From Chiloscyllium plagiosum (lineage: Eukaryota): a DNA stretch of 64,000 nucleotides. The stretch lies in NCBI RefSeq assembly GCF_004010195.1, contig NC_057720.1:6033273-6097272 (forward strand), read 5' to 3'. The translations under genes were made by a program, and so were the position numbers. Within the stretch, counting starts at the first letter, position 1, and every line of letters starts with the position of its first letter. The notes below the pieces were generated by a model. The model searched no databases. It was not told the DNA's origin and saw only the letters and a list, made by a program, of their open reading frames with translations. This document shows, one piece after another, positions 63,691 to 64,000 of the stretch.

Positions 63691-64000
63691 GAAGAAGTTG
63701 GGTGACCTGAGGGGTGACCTTATAAAGGTTTTTAAAATCATGAGGGTAGGGAGTTCAAAACTAGAAAGCATAAGTTTAAGGGGAGAGGGGGAAGATTTAA
63801 AAGGGACCTAAAGGGCAACCTTTTTCACGCAGAGAGTGGTACGTGTATGGAATGAGCTACCAAAGGAAGTGGTGGAGGCTGGTACAATTACAGCATTAAA
63901 GGCATCTGGATGGGTGTATGAATATGAAGGGTTTGGAGGGATATGGGCCGGGTGTTGGCAGATGGGACTACATTGGGTTGGGATATCTGGTCGGCGTGGG
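63690..64000 (+). mobile_element. CR1/HER1-type 3' end running off the window
   Basis: Same sequence family as 13720-14050. Confidence 0.88.

Noticed and set aside
1..64000. CRISPR arrays, operons or other prokaryotic systems
   Set aside because: No regularly spaced repeat-spacer array; the content is vertebrate retroelement DNA.

Overview
This is repeat-dense vertebrate DNA, almost certainly from an elasmobranch (shark). The inference rests on HE1-type V-SINEs sharing their tails with CR1/HER1-type LINEs and on a SacSINE1-like DeuSINE; the species cannot be fixed from sequence alone. I recognise no host protein-coding gene. Every interpretable ORF is a decayed retroelement protein (CR1 RT/endonuclease, a second CR1-group LINE, Rex1/Babar, Penelope RT and GIY-YIG), so the window is probably intronic or intergenic. 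One assembly gap lies at 15342-15813. Four structures stand out. (1) Many short, mostly fold-back Penelope-terminus mini-elements from at least four families, most flanked by 9-16 bp target-site duplications. They carry minimal hammerhead-ribozyme motifs, several with intact cores, and the fold-back point repeatedly sits at or next to the ribozyme. (2) Three independent 150-230 bp local inverted duplications that copy unique flanking DNA; one has microhomology at both junctions, consistent with templated insertion. (3) Two Penelope copies 15 kb apart share the same internal inversion junction. (4) A tRNA-headed short element matches both the sequence directly upstream of a LINE endonuclease ORF and that LINE family's 3' tail. 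Coordinates were read by eye, boundaries of old repeats are approximate, and family names come from recalled consensus features rather than database searches.
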